The translations under genes and the position numbers were made by a program. A DNA stretch of 64,000 nucleotides from Acidobacteriota bacterium (GTDB lineage: Bacteria > Acidobacteriota > UBA4820 > DSQY01). The notes under the pieces are model-generated. The model was not told where the DNA came from. It saw only the letters and a program-made list of their open reading frames with translations, and made no database searches. Location: NCBI GenBank assembly GCA_049967655.1, contig JBMFSH010000014.1, positions 1 through 64,000 on the forward strand, read 5' to 3'. Shown piece after piece: positions 9,285 to 19,597 of this stretch; within the stretch, counting starts at the first letter, position 1, and every line of letters starts with the position of its first letter.

Positions 9285-10459
9285 GGAGGGCCATCTGGGT
9301 GACGGGCCTCGGCGTCACCTGCGCCGTGGGCCGGGATGTGCCTTCCTTTTGGGCGGCGCTGCTCTCGGGCGCCTCCGGCGCCACGAGGCTCACCCGCTTC
9401 GACCCTGGCAACCTGCGCAGCTCGCTGGTGGCCGAGGCCGGGGAGTTCGCGGACGGTCCGCCGAACCGCGTGGACGGGCTGGCCCTCGCGGCCGCCGCGG
9501 AGGCCCTGGACATGGCCGGCCTGACGGCGCTCCCCGAAGAGGGCGGCATCGCCATGGGCGGTGGGGTGGGCGGGCTGCCCGAATCCGAGGAGGCCCTGGA
9601 CCGCTACCGGCGCTCCGGCCGTCTGGCTCCCAACCTGAGAGGCTTTCTGGGCCACATCCCCGCCCACACCGCGGACGTGCTCGCGGCAGCCTTCGGTGGT
9701 CACGGTCCCCGCGTCACCATCTCCAACGCCTGCTCCTCCTCCACCGCCGCGCTGGCCCAGGCGGCCCTGTGGATCGAAGAGGGAGAGGCCGACTGCGTCC
9801 TGGCCGGGGCCTCCGACGTGCTGAGCCGGCTTACGGTGGGAGGCTTCAACTGCCTCCGGCTCGTCTCCGAGACGGCCGTCCGCCCCTTCGATCGCGGCCG
9901 GAACGGTATGATGGTGGGAGAGGGGGCCGCCTTCCTGCTGTTGGAGTCCGAGGAGAGGGCCGTAGCCCGGGCGGCCCGTCCGCTGGCGGTGCTCAGGGGA
10001 TTCGGCCTCTCCGTGGACGCCCACCATCCCACGGCCCCGGAGCCGCGGGGCCGGGGAGCCTTGCAGGCCATGGCGCGGGCCCTGGAGCGAGCTGGCCTTA
10101 CGCCGGCGGAGGTGGATCACGTCAGCGCCCACGGCACGGGAACGCCCTCCAACGACAGGGCCGAAGCCAGGGCCATCGCCGACCTGCTCGGCGAACGCAG
10201 GCTCGCGGTGCCGGTCGTCTCCATCAAGGGGGCGGTGGGCCACTGCCTGGGCGCCGCCGGGGCCATCGAGGCGGTGGCTTCGGTGCTCGCCCTGGTTTAC
10301 CAGACCGTCCCGCCCTGCGCGGGCCTTATGGATCAGGACCCCGAGGCGGAGCTGTACATCCCCCGAGAGGCCCTGCCGATGGAGCTCCGGAACGTGCTCT
10401 CGGTGAACCTGGCATTCGGCGGAAACAACGCCGCGGTCCTCTTCGGGAGGGCGACGTGA
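9281..10459 (+). CDS. Beta-ketoacyl-ACP synthase (FabF-like ketosynthase)
   Basis: Cys-His-His triad: NACSSS, AHGTGT, GHCLGAAG; RPFD, AFGGNN. Confidence 0.92.
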   Translation: MRRAIWVTGLGVTCAVGRDVPSFWAALLSGASGATRLTRFDPGNLRSSLVAEAGEFADGPPNRVDGLALAAAAEALDMAGLTALPEEGGIAMGGGVGGLPESEEALDRYRRSGRLAPNLRGFLGHIPAHTADVLAAAFGGHGPRVTISNACSSSTAALAQAALWIEEGEADCVLAGASDVLSRLTVGGFNCLRLVSETAVRPFDRGRNGMMVGEGAAFLLLESEERAVARAARPLAVLRGFGLSVDAHHPTAPEPRGRGALQAMARALERAGLTPAEVDHVSAHGTGTPSNDRAEARAIADLLGERRLAVPVVSIKGAVGHCLGAAGAIEAVASVLALVYQTVPPCAGLMDQDPEAELYIPREALPMELRNVLSVNLAFGGNNAAVLFGRAT

Positions 10460-11460
10460 AAGGGATCTGGGTCCTGGCCGAAGGGGCCGCCGGGCCGCTG
10501 GGGCTTGCCAGCCTGGAGGGTGCGCCTGAGACGGCTGGGTCCCGGTGCGTGCCGCCGGAGCTCAACCTGAAGGAGGGCTTTCCGCCCCAGGCCCTCCGCT
10601 GGGCCGACCCCTCCACCCTTTTCTGGCTGAACGCCGCGCGGCAGGCGCAAAGTGGGGCCGGGTTCCTACCCGATCAGGGAACGGGGCAGGTGGTGGGGCT
10701 TGGCTGGGGCCCCACGGCGCCCGTGCTCGCGCTCCTGGAGCCGGCGCGCCGGGGCGACTTCGCCTCCATGAATCCCTCGCTGTTTCCCTACTCCGTCGGG
10801 AACGCCCCCGCCGGCATGGCGGGGCTCCTCCTGAGGTTGAACGGCCCGGCCCAGACGCTGCACGGGAAAGAGGCGGCGGGGCTGGCGGCCCTCGTGGAGG
10901 CTGCCAGGATCCTCTCGGGCGGGGTCCTGGAACGCTGCGTGGCGGGAGGATCCGATCACCTCGATCCGGTCATCCGGGAGGTGGTGGAGCCCTACCGGGG
11001 TCCGGGCGCCACGCCCTTGGGCGAGGGGGCCTACGCTCTCGCGTTGGCCTCTCTGGAGGAGGCCCCGGAGCGTGGTGTCCGCGTCGCGGCGTGGTCGGCC
11101 CGCTCCGCCATCTGCCCCCCCCACCGCTTCCCCGCGCCGGCCGCTCTCTACGATCACCTGTTGGATTCCTTGCTGGAGCGCGCGGGATGGGGCGGCGATG
11201 TGGAGGGGCTGGCCTTTCTCCAGGAGGACACGCCGCAGGTGCGGCGGGAGGGCGCCCAATGGCTGGCGCGGCGGCTGCCGAAGGCCCATCGGGAGGTCTT
11301 TCAGGAGCGGCTGGGCGCCTGCGGGGCGGCCTGGGCCGGCGCGGCGGCGATAGCGGCGCGGGCCCTCCGGGAGGGCCGGGCCCAGCGCGCTCTCCTCCTG
11401 GCCGTGGCTACGGGAGGGGCGGGATGGGGGCTCGCCCTGGAGCGCGGCGATGCTGAGTGA
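10456..11460 (+). CDS. Catalytically inactive ketosynthase/chain-length-factor-like protein
   Basis: NPSLFPYSVGNAPAG and GEGA motifs; Glu (GKEAAGL) in place of the catalytic Cys. Confidence 0.75.
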   Translation: MKGIWVLAEGAAGPLGLASLEGAPETAGSRCVPPELNLKEGFPPQALRWADPSTLFWLNAARQAQSGAGFLPDQGTGQVVGLGWGPTAPVLALLEPARRGDFASMNPSLFPYSVGNAPAGMAGLLLRLNGPAQTLHGKEAAGLAALVEAARILSGGVLERCVAGGSDHLDPVIREVVEPYRGPGATPLGEGAYALALASLEEAPERGVRVAAWSARSAICPPHRFPAPAALYDHLLDSLLERAGWGGDVEGLAFLQEDTPQVRREGAQWLARRLPKAHREVFQERLGACGAAWAGAAAIAARALREGRAQRALLLAVATGGAGWGLALERGDAE

Positions 11461-12148
11461 GATCCGCACCTCGGCCATGGGGCCCTACCTGGACGCCAGT
11501 CCGCTCTTTCCCCCCGGCGTGGGGGCTTTCGTCACCCTCAGGGGATTCGAAGACGTGAGCCCGGAGGGGCTCGCCCGGTTTCTGAGCCTCGCCGGACTGC
11601 CTTGCCGACGGGTCCACCGGGTGAACCAGGTGCACTCCGCCCGTGCCGTGGGCGTCGAAGAGGCCCCGTGCGACGCGGACGCCTTGGTGAGCACGGAGAT
11701 CGGGGAGTGGGTCCGCGTGGTGACCGCTGACTGCGTGCCTATCCTCATGGCGAGCGAGGAGGGCGGGGCGGTGGCGGCGGTCCACGCGGGGTGGAAGGGA
11801 ACCCTGGCCCGCATCGTGGAGGAGGCCGGCCGGAGGCTCCTGGAGGGGCGGAAGCCCGGGGCGGCCTACGTGGGTCCGGCGGTGCACCCCTGCTGCTACG
11901 GCGTGCCCGAGGAGCGCGTCGAACGCTTCCGGCGCGCCTTCCCCGGCTGGGTCACCGGGGCTTCCGGTCCGCCCCGGTTGGATCTGGTGGACTTGAACGT
12001 GCGCATGCTCGGCGGGCTGGGCTTTACCGATCCCTTCATTCGAATCGAGAATCGTTGTACGGCCTGCGGGGATGGGGTATGCTGTTCCTATAGACGGGAC
12101 GGCGAGCGGGCCGGCCGGATGGCGGCCCTGATCGGGAGAACGGCTTGA
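11450..12148 (+). CDS. pgeF: YfiH/PgeF family (purine nucleoside phosphorylase/peptidoglycan editing factor)
   Basis: QVHS, ADALV, TADCVPI, HAGWKG, SYRR. Confidence 0.9.
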   Translation: MLSEIRTSAMGPYLDASPLFPPGVGAFVTLRGFEDVSPEGLARFLSLAGLPCRRVHRVNQVHSARAVGVEEAPCDADALVSTEIGEWVRVVTADCVPILMASEEGGAVAAVHAGWKGTLARIVEEAGRRLLEGRKPGAAYVGPAVHPCCYGVPEERVERFRRAFPGWVTGASGPPRLDLVDLNVRMLGGLGFTDPFIRIENRCTACGDGVCCSYRRDGERAGRMAALIGRTA

Positions 12149-12396
12149 GCGGGAGGCTGACGCACCTGGACGAGCGGGGGCAGTCGGTGACGGGGGACGT
12201 GGTCTGCCGTCTTCACGTGGAGACGCGGGCCTCGGCCCGGGACGCTACCGGCGAGGAGACGAAGGCGCCCAGGGCCTGTGCCGGGACGAACCTGACCCTC
12301 TCCGACATGGTCAAGGGCGTGGACAGGTCCGCCCTTATCGGCCCCATCCAGCTCACTGAAAAGACGGATGGCAAGTCACGCCACTTCAGGAGGTAA
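12145..12396 (+). pseudogene. moaC: Degenerate, internally deleted moaC
   Basis: N-terminal LTHLDERG joined to a decayed C-terminus (TGEETKA...LTLSDMVKGVDR...LTEKTDGKS); only 83 aa. Confidence 0.75.
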
Positions 12397-12399
12397 GCC

Positions 12400-13932
12400 G
12401 TGTCCACCCTCCAGCACGAACAGAGCCTGCTCTTCGACCGCGACCTCGACCGGAAGATGGGGGCCGTCGGCCCCGACTCCCCAGCCTCGGCGTGGCTGGA
12501 GGCGGCCGTGGCCCTGAGCCTCCGCTCCCTTCCGCACCTGGCTGCGGATCTCACGGAGAGGGGGCTGAAACACTACCCCGGTGAGACTGGCCTGTGGATG
12601 ATTCACATCCAGTCCGTGGCCATTTATCCCGAGAAGCTGCAGGCGGTGTGGAAGACGCTGAACGCGGGAAGCGACCCCCAGAGGGGGCGACAGACCCTGC
12701 TCGCTCTGGCGGAGTATTACCTGGAGCGGGACAAGGGGGGGCTGGCGCGCCTGGAGCAGGTGGCGGCGAAGGACCAAGACGCCCTGTTCTTCGAGGTCTG
12801 CGGGTACTACGCCATGGCTCGCCACGAGTACAAGCAGGCCGTGAAAGCCTACACCCAGGCGCACCGCCTGGCTCCGCGGGACCTGCGGCTCATGGTCCGC
12901 CTCGGGGAGAGCTGCCGGGCGTTGGGGCAGACGGAGAAGGCGCTGAAGTGGCTCTATCGGGTCGTGCAGAAGGAGCGCCATTACGTGCAGGCGTGGAACG
13001 CCCTCTGCAGGATCCACCTGGAGCTCGGCCACCTCGACAGGGCAAGGCAGGCCTTCGGCATGGCCCTGGCCGTGAACCCCAGGGACTGGGGCGTCTACTT
13101 CACCTACGCGGACCACTACCTGGAGACCAATCGCTACGGCCGCTCGCGCGGGGTTCTCTTTGATGTGCTGGATCTGAATCCCAGCACCGTCATCGCGGCC
13201 GAGGCCTACAACTACATGGGCTATCTTTTCTACCTGGAGGCGCGGTACTCGGAGGCCCTCACCAGCTTCCAGGTGGCCTTGAAGCTCAATCCTTCCCTGG
13301 CCGTGGCCTGGTTCAACCTGGGCAACCTCCACTTCCACCTCAAGCGCATGGACGAGGCCTTGCGATGCTACCGGGAGGCTCTGCGGGCCGATCCCCATAT
13401 GGCCTCGGCCTCCTGCCAGCTGGGGCTGACCCACCTTGAACTGGGCCAGTTGGAGCTGGCTCGGTCGCCCCTCGAGAAGGCGCTCGCGGCCGATCCCAAC
13501 GAATACTGGGCCCACCTGGGGCTCTCGGAGTACCACAGGCGCTCCAAGAACCCCCTCGCTTCGCTGGAGGAGGCCCGGCAGGCCATCCGCATCGCTCCGA
13601 AGGACCCGGACGCCCACAACTACCTGGGCATCGCGCTGGAGACCAACCGGCGGTACTTCGATGCGGAGAAGGCCTACCGGCGGGCGCTCGAGCTGGACCC
13701 TGGCCAGCGCTGGGCCGCCAACAACCTGGGCTACCTCTACGAGAAGCTCATGCGCGTGGATCCGGGCTACAAGCCTTCGGCCATCGACGCCTGGCGGATC
13801 CGGCTGCGCATCTGCAACGAAACGGGTGCCTCCGTTCGCGGCGCCATCAACCACCTCCGCAAGCTGGGCGTCCCCGCCGCCACCATCCGAAAGTGGCTCG
13901 GCGAGAAGGCGGAACGCCGAGCCGGCCGATGA
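12400..13932 (+). CDS. Tetratricopeptide repeat protein
   Basis: Many TPR units (AYNYMGYLFY, AWFNLGN, AHNYLGIAL). Confidence 0.9.
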   Translation: MSTLQHEQSLLFDRDLDRKMGAVGPDSPASAWLEAAVALSLRSLPHLAADLTERGLKHYPGETGLWMIHIQSVAIYPEKLQAVWKTLNAGSDPQRGRQTLLALAEYYLERDKGGLARLEQVAAKDQDALFFEVCGYYAMARHEYKQAVKAYTQAHRLAPRDLRLMVRLGESCRALGQTEKALKWLYRVVQKERHYVQAWNALCRIHLELGHLDRARQAFGMALAVNPRDWGVYFTYADHYLETNRYGRSRGVLFDVLDLNPSTVIAAEAYNYMGYLFYLEARYSEALTSFQVALKLNPSLAVAWFNLGNLHFHLKRMDEALRCYREALRADPHMASASCQLGLTHLELGQLELARSPLEKALAADPNEYWAHLGLSEYHRRSKNPLASLEEARQAIRIAPKDPDAHNYLGIALETNRRYFDAEKAYRRALELDPGQRWAANNLGYLYEKLMRVDPGYKPSAIDAWRIRLRICNETGASVRGAINHLRKLGVPAATIRKWLGEKAERRAGR

Positions 13933-13939
13933 GGAATCC

Positions 13940-14323
13940 GTGATCATCGGGATCGGCCTCGACGTCCTCCAGGTGTCGCGCCTGCGGCGGGCGATCGAGA
14001 GGCATCCCCGCCTCCTCCGACGCGTCTTCACCGAGCGGGAGCGGGCCGCCTGCGCACGGAAGGCCGATCCCGCTATATCGCTGGCGGCGCGGTTCTGTGC
14101 CAAGGAGGCCGCCATGAAGGCGCTCGGCACGGGCTGGGGAGGCGGCGTCGGGTGGCAGGACCTGGAGGTGGCGGGCGGAGCGGGCCGGCCGCCGAGGCTG
14201 GAGTTCCATGGTCTTGCGGCCAGGCGGTTCGCCATGATGGGAGGACGCGCGGCCCTGGTGAGCCTCACCCACGAGCGGGATCTGGCGGCGGCGGTGGTCC
14301 TCTTCGAGGGGGACCCATCGTAG
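13940..14323 (+). CDS. acpS: Holo-[acyl-carrier-protein] synthase
   Basis: IIGIGLD, FTERE, AARFCAKEAAMKALGTG, SLTH. Confidence 0.93.
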   Translation: MIIGIGLDVLQVSRLRRAIERHPRLLRRVFTERERAACARKADPAISLAARFCAKEAAMKALGTGWGGGVGWQDLEVAGGAGRPPRLEFHGLAARRFAMMGGRAALVSLTHERDLAAAVVLFEGDPS

Positions 14324-14377
14324 GAGGCCTCTCCGAAGGCCCATGCGTGAGCCCCACGAGGAAGCCGACAGCCAAAC

Positions 14378-14409
14378 GAAGAGGCGGGCCGAACGCCGGC
14401 CCGCCTTCG
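14378..14409. terminator. Hairpin between convergent genes
   Basis: AGGCGGGCCG-AACGC-CGGCCCGCCT stem-loop. Confidence 0.5.
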
Positions 14410-14429
14410 TGTTCAGAGACAGAGGCGGA

Positions 14430-15602
14430 TCACTTCTTGGCGGGTTCCGGCGCGGGCGCGGGAGCGGCCGCGGGAGTCGAAGCCGCCATGGGCACCTCCA
14501 CGAACTTGCCGTTCTCCACCTGCCACATGACGTAGGGGGACTGCTGGGGATCTCCCTTGTCGTCGAACTTCAGCGTTCCCATGGGAGTGGAGAATTCCAT
14601 CTTGTGCAGCGTCTGGGAGACCGTCACCGGATCCGTGCTGCCCGACTGCTTCATGGCCTGGAGGACCACGTCGGCGGCGGTGTACCCGTAGAGGGAATAG
14701 GGCTGGAGCGGACCGAACTGCTGCTTGTACGCCGCCACCACGGCCTTGGCCGAGGGGAGTAGCTCCTGGTTCGGGATGAAGGTGACGAGCGCCCCCTCGG
14801 CGTCCTTGCCGGCCCGCTTGATGAACTGGGGGTCGAAGCAGCCGTCGCCGCTGACGAAGGTGACGTTCATCCCGGCCTGACGCATCTCCTTCAGCAGCTC
14901 GGCGCCCTGGGGCCAGAGCCCGCCGAAGTAGACCACCGTGGAATTCACGGCCTTCACCTTGTTCACCTCGTCGGTGTAGACGGGCTGGGCGCGGTCAATC
15001 CCGCCGTAAAAAGCGGCCTGTGTCTTGGTCAGGAATTCGTAGTTCTTGAGGAACTCGTTGGCCAGGTCCTGCCCGTAGGACGACTTGTCGTGGATCACCG
15101 CCACCTTGGCGCCGGGGAAATGGTCCGCCACGTACTTGGCGGCGCTCTTGCCCTGCTGGTCGTCCCGGCCGCAGACCCGGAAGATCGTGAAGTACCCCCG
15201 GTCCGTCACGTCGGGGTTGGTGGAGGAGGGGGTGACCATCAGGATCTTGTCCTTCCCGTAGATCTCCTCCGCCGCCAGGGTGCAGGAGGAGTTGTAGTCG
15301 CCGATCACGGCGTCCACCTTGCTCTCCCACTCCTTGGCGAGCTTCACGGCCGTGTTGGGATCGCCCTGGTCATCCCCCTGGATGATCACGATCTTCCGGC
15401 CGTTGATGCCCCCCTTGGCGTTCCACTGGTCCACGGCGAGCTGGACGCCGTTGAGGACGCCCTTCCCGCTCTGCTCCTGTTCGCCCGACAGCGGGGCGGC
15501 CACCAGCAGTTTGATGGACCCCCCCGAGCAGCTTAGGCCGGTCAGGACCAGCGCCAGGGCGCCGAGTCCCAGCCCGGTTTTCATCCACGTCTTGAGCCGC
15601 AT
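14430..15602 (-). CDS. Branched-chain amino acid ABC substrate-binding lipoprotein (LivK-like)
   Basis: Lipobox-like GLSC, GGINGRKI, DDQGDP, FRVCGRDDQQG. Confidence 0.9.
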   Translation of the reverse strand: MRLKTWMKTGLGLGALALVLTGLSCSGGSIKLLVAAPLSGEQEQSGKGVLNGVQLAVDQWNAKGGINGRKIVIIQGDDQGDPNTAVKLAKEWESKVDAVIGDYNSSCTLAAEEIYGKDKILMVTPSSTNPDVTDRGYFTIFRVCGRDDQQGKSAAKYVADHFPGAKVAVIHDKSSYGQDLANEFLKNYEFLTKTQAAFYGGIDRAQPVYTDEVNKVKAVNSTVVYFGGLWPQGAELLKEMRQAGMNVTFVSGDGCFDPQFIKRAGKDAEGALVTFIPNQELLPSAKAVVAAYKQQFGPLQPYSLYGYTAADVVLQAMKQSGSTDPVTVSQTLHKMEFSTPMGTLKFDDKGDPQQSPYVMWQVENGKFVEVPMAASTPAAAPAPAPEPAKK

Positions 15603-15674
15603 GGCAGCCCTCCTCTCGATCTGGGCCCGGGGGCCTGGCCGGACGAGGCGGCCCCCATGCGGGCGTCTGCTAGG

Positions 15675-16352
15675 CTACTTGCCCTTCTCGGCCGCGGCGG
15701 CGGCCTCCACCTTCTCCACGGGCCAGTGCTCCACCAGCACTTTCTCGATGGCGACGGGGTTTTTCGGCCGGTCATTGCTGGGATCGCGCGGCGCGTTCAC
15801 GATCTCGTCCACCACGTGCATACCCTCAATGACCTGTCCGAAGGCCGTGTACTGGTGATCAAGGTAGCCCGCATCGGCCACGCAGATGAAAAACTGCGAG
15901 GAGGCCGAGTTGGGGTCCTGGGCCCTGGCCATGGAGACGATGCCGCGCGCGTGGTGGATGTCGTTGAACTCGGCCTTCACGGTTACTTCATGGCCGTTGA
16001 CCGTATACCCGCCCGTGCCCCAGGTGGAGGGATCGCCCTTCTTGGTGTTCGGGTCGCCGCCCTGGATCATGAACCCGGGAATCACGCGATGGAACTTCGT
16101 GCCGTTGTAGAAGCCGATTTGGCAGAGGTGCAGGAAATTCTTAACCGTCAGGGGGGCCTTATCGGGGAAGAAGCGGATCGCCACATCCCCGAGTTTGGTC
16201 TTCAGGATAGCGACGGGCTCCGTCTTCGGCTTCTGGGCCTCCGCGGCGGGCTTGACCGATGGCTTCTTCTCCACCTTGGTCTTGCCCTGGGCGAAGAGGG
16301 AGACGCCCGAAAGAAGTCCGACCAGTCCGAGCAGCACGAGCGTTTTTTTCAT
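15675..16352 (-). CDS. Secreted cyclophilin-type peptidyl-prolyl isomerase
   Basis: Signal peptide; FHRVIPGFMIQGGD, SMAR, SQFFI. Confidence 0.93.
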   Translation of the reverse strand: MKKTLVLLGLVGLLSGVSLFAQGKTKVEKKPSVKPAAEAQKPKTEPVAILKTKLGDVAIRFFPDKAPLTVKNFLHLCQIGFYNGTKFHRVIPGFMIQGGDPNTKKGDPSTWGTGGYTVNGHEVTVKAEFNDIHHARGIVSMARAQDPNSASSQFFICVADAGYLDHQYTAFGQVIEGMHVVDEIVNAPRDPSNDRPKNPVAIEKVLVEHWPVEKVEAAAAAEKGK

Positions 16353-16773
16353 CGAGGAACCTCCTGAAAAGCGCATTCTACGCCCTTCGGGCTCCTGAGG
16401 GGAACCCCGGGCGATCCCCGCGGCAACGGCCCCGCCCCGTCAAGCCCTCACCCTGAGGAACCCCGACCGGCTCCTCCGCCATGGCGAGCTTTCGAAGCAC
16501 GCGTCGAAAAACCTCGGCTATTCCCCTCCTCCAACACGGGATTGGGGCTCCAGCGTCTCTTTGAGGAGCCGCCGCTCCTCCAAGTCCAGTTCGAGCGTCA
16601 TGGGAGACCTCCATGGGGCCGGGTCGTAACCCCCCGGCGGTGGAACTTCCCTCGCTGCTCCCATGGCCCCGTTATTCATAATGTAAAGGCTCCGGGCGCC
16701 CGATGCCAATGGGCTGCCGGAATTTCGCCGGCGCGCTCGGGTGTGCTAGGCTGAAAACACGGTAGGGGGATCC

Positions 16774-18063
16774 ATGGGCGGCGAGACGAAGGCGCTTCTC
16801 AACGAATGCGGGCGGCCGTCGGCCCGACACTACGTCATCCTGGGCATGGCGTGGGCGGGTTGGCTCTTCGACTTCTACGACCTCATGCTTCTCTCCTTCC
16901 TGCTGATCCCCATCAAGAGGGACCTGCACTTGGGAGACTATGAGCTCTCCGTGCTCCTGGGCGTCACGCTGGCGGCCACCGCCCTGGGCGGCATCCTCTT
17001 CGGGGGCCTGGCCGACCGCTTCGGCCGCAAGCGCGTGCTCACCTGGACGCTTCTGACCTACTCCATCGGCACCTTTTTCTGCGGCATGTCCCACGCGTTC
17101 TGGCTCTTCTTGGTCTTTCGCGTCGTGACCGGCCTTGGCGTAGGCGGTGAGTGGGCCACGGGACAGACGCTCATCGGCGAAACCTTCCCCGCCCGCATGC
17201 GCGCCCGCTTCGCCGCAGTGATGCAGACGGGGGCGCCCCTGGGCATCCTGCTGGCTTCGGTGGTGGGCTCCTTCGTCGAGCCCGTCTTTGCCGCCAACTT
17301 TGGCCCGAGCTGGGGCTGGCGGGCCTGCTTCTTCATCTCCGTGCTCCCCGCACTCCTGGTTTTGGGAATCCGGCGCTACATGCCCGAGTCGGATGTCTGG
17401 GAGGGCCGGCAAGGCACCGGGGAACTCTCCACGGGGAGGCTCGTGGTCGAGCTGAAGAAGGACCGTACCTTGCGGCGGCTCTTCGTGCTCGGCCTCGTGC
17501 TCGCCCTGGCGGACATGTCGGCCTACTGGTTCACCTACACCTGGATGCCCAAGTACCTCTACGACCAGCTCGGTCTCTCGCTGGTGCGGTCGGGTCTCTG
17601 GATGATCGTCACGCAGATCGCCGGCATGATGGGGTACCTCTCTTACGGAATCGTGGCCGACTGGAAGGGGCGGCGCTGGGCCTACTGCCTCTTCTCCCTC
17701 GTGTGGGCCTTCGGCCTGCTCGGCATCACGTGGTTCTGGGGAGCGATCCACCTCCTGCCCTGGCTTCCGCTGTTCTTCATGGTTCTGGTGGGCTTCGGGA
17801 CGGGCAACTTCTCCGGGTACGGCCCCATCTTTTCCGAGCTCTTCCCCACCCGCATACGGTCCAGCGCCATGGGCACGGCCTTCAACCTCTCGCGGGGGGC
17901 CCAGTTCTTCACCCCCATCATCATCACGTGGGTGACCACGCTTCCGCTGGCGGCGGGCCACGGCCTCGGCGCCGGAATCTCCATCGGTGCCTTCTTCGCC
18001 CTCTTCACGGGCCTCTGGGTCTGGACCCTACCCGAGACCAGGGGAACGGAGATCAAGGAGTAA
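16774..18063 (+). CDS. MFS transporter
   Basis: LFDFYD, GGLADRFGRK, GLGVGGEW, SELFPTRIRS. Confidence 0.93.
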   Translation: MGGETKALLNECGRPSARHYVILGMAWAGWLFDFYDLMLLSFLLIPIKRDLHLGDYELSVLLGVTLAATALGGILFGGLADRFGRKRVLTWTLLTYSIGTFFCGMSHAFWLFLVFRVVTGLGVGGEWATGQTLIGETFPARMRARFAAVMQTGAPLGILLASVVGSFVEPVFAANFGPSWGWRACFFISVLPALLVLGIRRYMPESDVWEGRQGTGELSTGRLVVELKKDRTLRRLFVLGLVLALADMSAYWFTYTWMPKYLYDQLGLSLVRSGLWMIVTQIAGMMGYLSYGIVADWKGRRWAYCLFSLVWAFGLLGITWFWGAIHLLPWLPLFFMVLVGFGTGNFSGYGPIFSELFPTRIRSSAMGTAFNLSRGAQFFTPIIITWVTTLPLAAGHGLGAGISIGAFFALFTGLWVWTLPETRGTEIKE

Positions 18064-18211
18064 AGAGAAAAAAGCTGATTCGCCACCAAGACGCGGGAAC
18101 ACGAAGGGTTCGAGGGAAAAGTGCTGAAGGTGAGAAGGGGAGAACCGTTGGCCTCCCAGCTGGTGTCTCCCGTCTCACTCGCCCCTCCCTTCCCACTTTA
18201 AGGAGATACCC

Positions 18212-19468
18212 ATGACGACCTTCCCCGATGCGCTGCTGTCACCCGAGGAGACGGCGCTCAGAAACGAAGTGGCCGACTTCGTCCGGTGGGTGCCCCGCCA
18301 GCTGATCCTGGACATGGACGCCGACCGCGTCCGCTACCCGAAGGAGTACTTGAAGGAGGGAGGGCGAAGGGGCCTCCTGGGGCTCCGCTTCCCGAAGGAG
18401 TACGGCGGGCGAGGCCTGCCCTGGACGAGCGAAATGGTGGCCCTGGAGGAGGTGGGAATTCTCGGCACCTCCCTCGCCTGCCTCTACTCCCTCGTCTCCA
18501 TCGTGGGCGAGGCCATCGCCCACTTCGGCACGCCGGAGCAGAAGCGGAGCTACCTCGCCCCGCTCATCGCCGGCACCCTCACCCCCGCCGAGGCCCTCAC
18601 CGAGCCCCGGGGAGGCTCGGACTTCTTCGGCGCCGCGACGCGCGCCGAGCGGAGGGGCGACCGCTTCATCCTGAACGGCCAGAAGCGCTTCGTGGTGGGG
18701 GCCGAGGGGGCGGATCTCCTGCTGGTCTACGCCAACACCGATCCCACCGCCAAGCCGCGCGACTCCATGACGGCCTTCCTCGTGGAGCGCGGCCCCGGCG
18801 TTACGGTGGAGCACGTCTACGGCCTCATGGGCACCCGCGGCGGCGGGACGGGGCGCATCGTCCTCCGCAACGCCGAGGTGCCCGTGACGAACGTCCTGGG
18901 CGGCGAGGCCGGCATCGGCAAGGGGGCCGAAGTCTTCGACCAGATGATGATCCCCGAGCGTATGACCAGCGCCTGCGGCGCCATCGGCATGGGCCGGGCG
19001 GCCATCGAGATCGCCGCGCGCTACGCCGCGAGGCGCAAGGCCTTCGGCCAGGAGATCCGGCGCTTCGAGGGGGTGAGCTTCAAGATCGCGGAAAGCCTGA
19101 CCCTCCTGGACGCTTCCCGGGGCCTCTGCCGCGAAACCTGCAGGGCCGTCGACTGCGGCCAGGTGGCCCCGGGCCGGGTCCGCCGCATGGTCTCCGAGTC
19201 CAAGAAGTTCGCCACGGAGGCCGCCTGGACCGTGGTAAACAACGCCATGCAGGTGCTCGGCGGCATCGGCTACACGGACGTTTTTCCCGTGGAGCGACTC
19301 CTCCGCGACACGCGCCTCATCATGATCTGGACCGGCACCAACGAGATCATGGACCTCGTCATCCAGCACGAGTTCTACAAGGAATTCCTAAAGACACCTC
19401 CACGGGCCCGGGACATCGAAGCCGACGCCCAGAACGCAGAAGCCCCCGACGAGAAGGTGTACGAGTAA
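18212..19468 (+). CDS. Acyl-CoA dehydrogenase
   Basis: [33 protein letters not shown]. Confidence 0.93.
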   Translation: MTTFPDALLSPEETALRNEVADFVRWVPRQLILDMDADRVRYPKEYLKEGGRRGLLGLRFPKEYGGRGLPWTSEMVALEEVGILGTSLACLYSLVSIVGEAIAHFGTPEQKRSYLAPLIAGTLTPAEALTEPRGGSDFFGAATRAERRGDRFILNGQKRFVVGAEGADLLLVYANTDPTAKPRDSMTAFLVERGPGVTVEHVYGLMGTRGGGTGRIVLRNAEVPVTNVLGGEAGIGKGAEVFDQMMIPERMTSACGAIGMGRAAIEIAARYAARRKAFGQEIRRFEGVSFKIAESLTLLDASRGLCRETCRAVDCGQVAPGRVRRMVSESKKFATEAAWTVVNNAMQVLGGIGYTDVFPVERLLRDTRLIMIWTGTNEIMDLVIQHEFYKEFLKTPPRARDIEADAQNAEAPDEKVYE

Positions 19469-19597
19469 CAAAGCGGGAAGCGGGGAGCCGAAAGCAGGGA
19501 GCGGGTAGTGGTTAGCGGGGCGTAGGGAGGTGGCACCGCTTGCAGGCACGGCGGTTACGGCGTTGCTCCGCACTACTCACTTTACTTCCTAGTTTGC

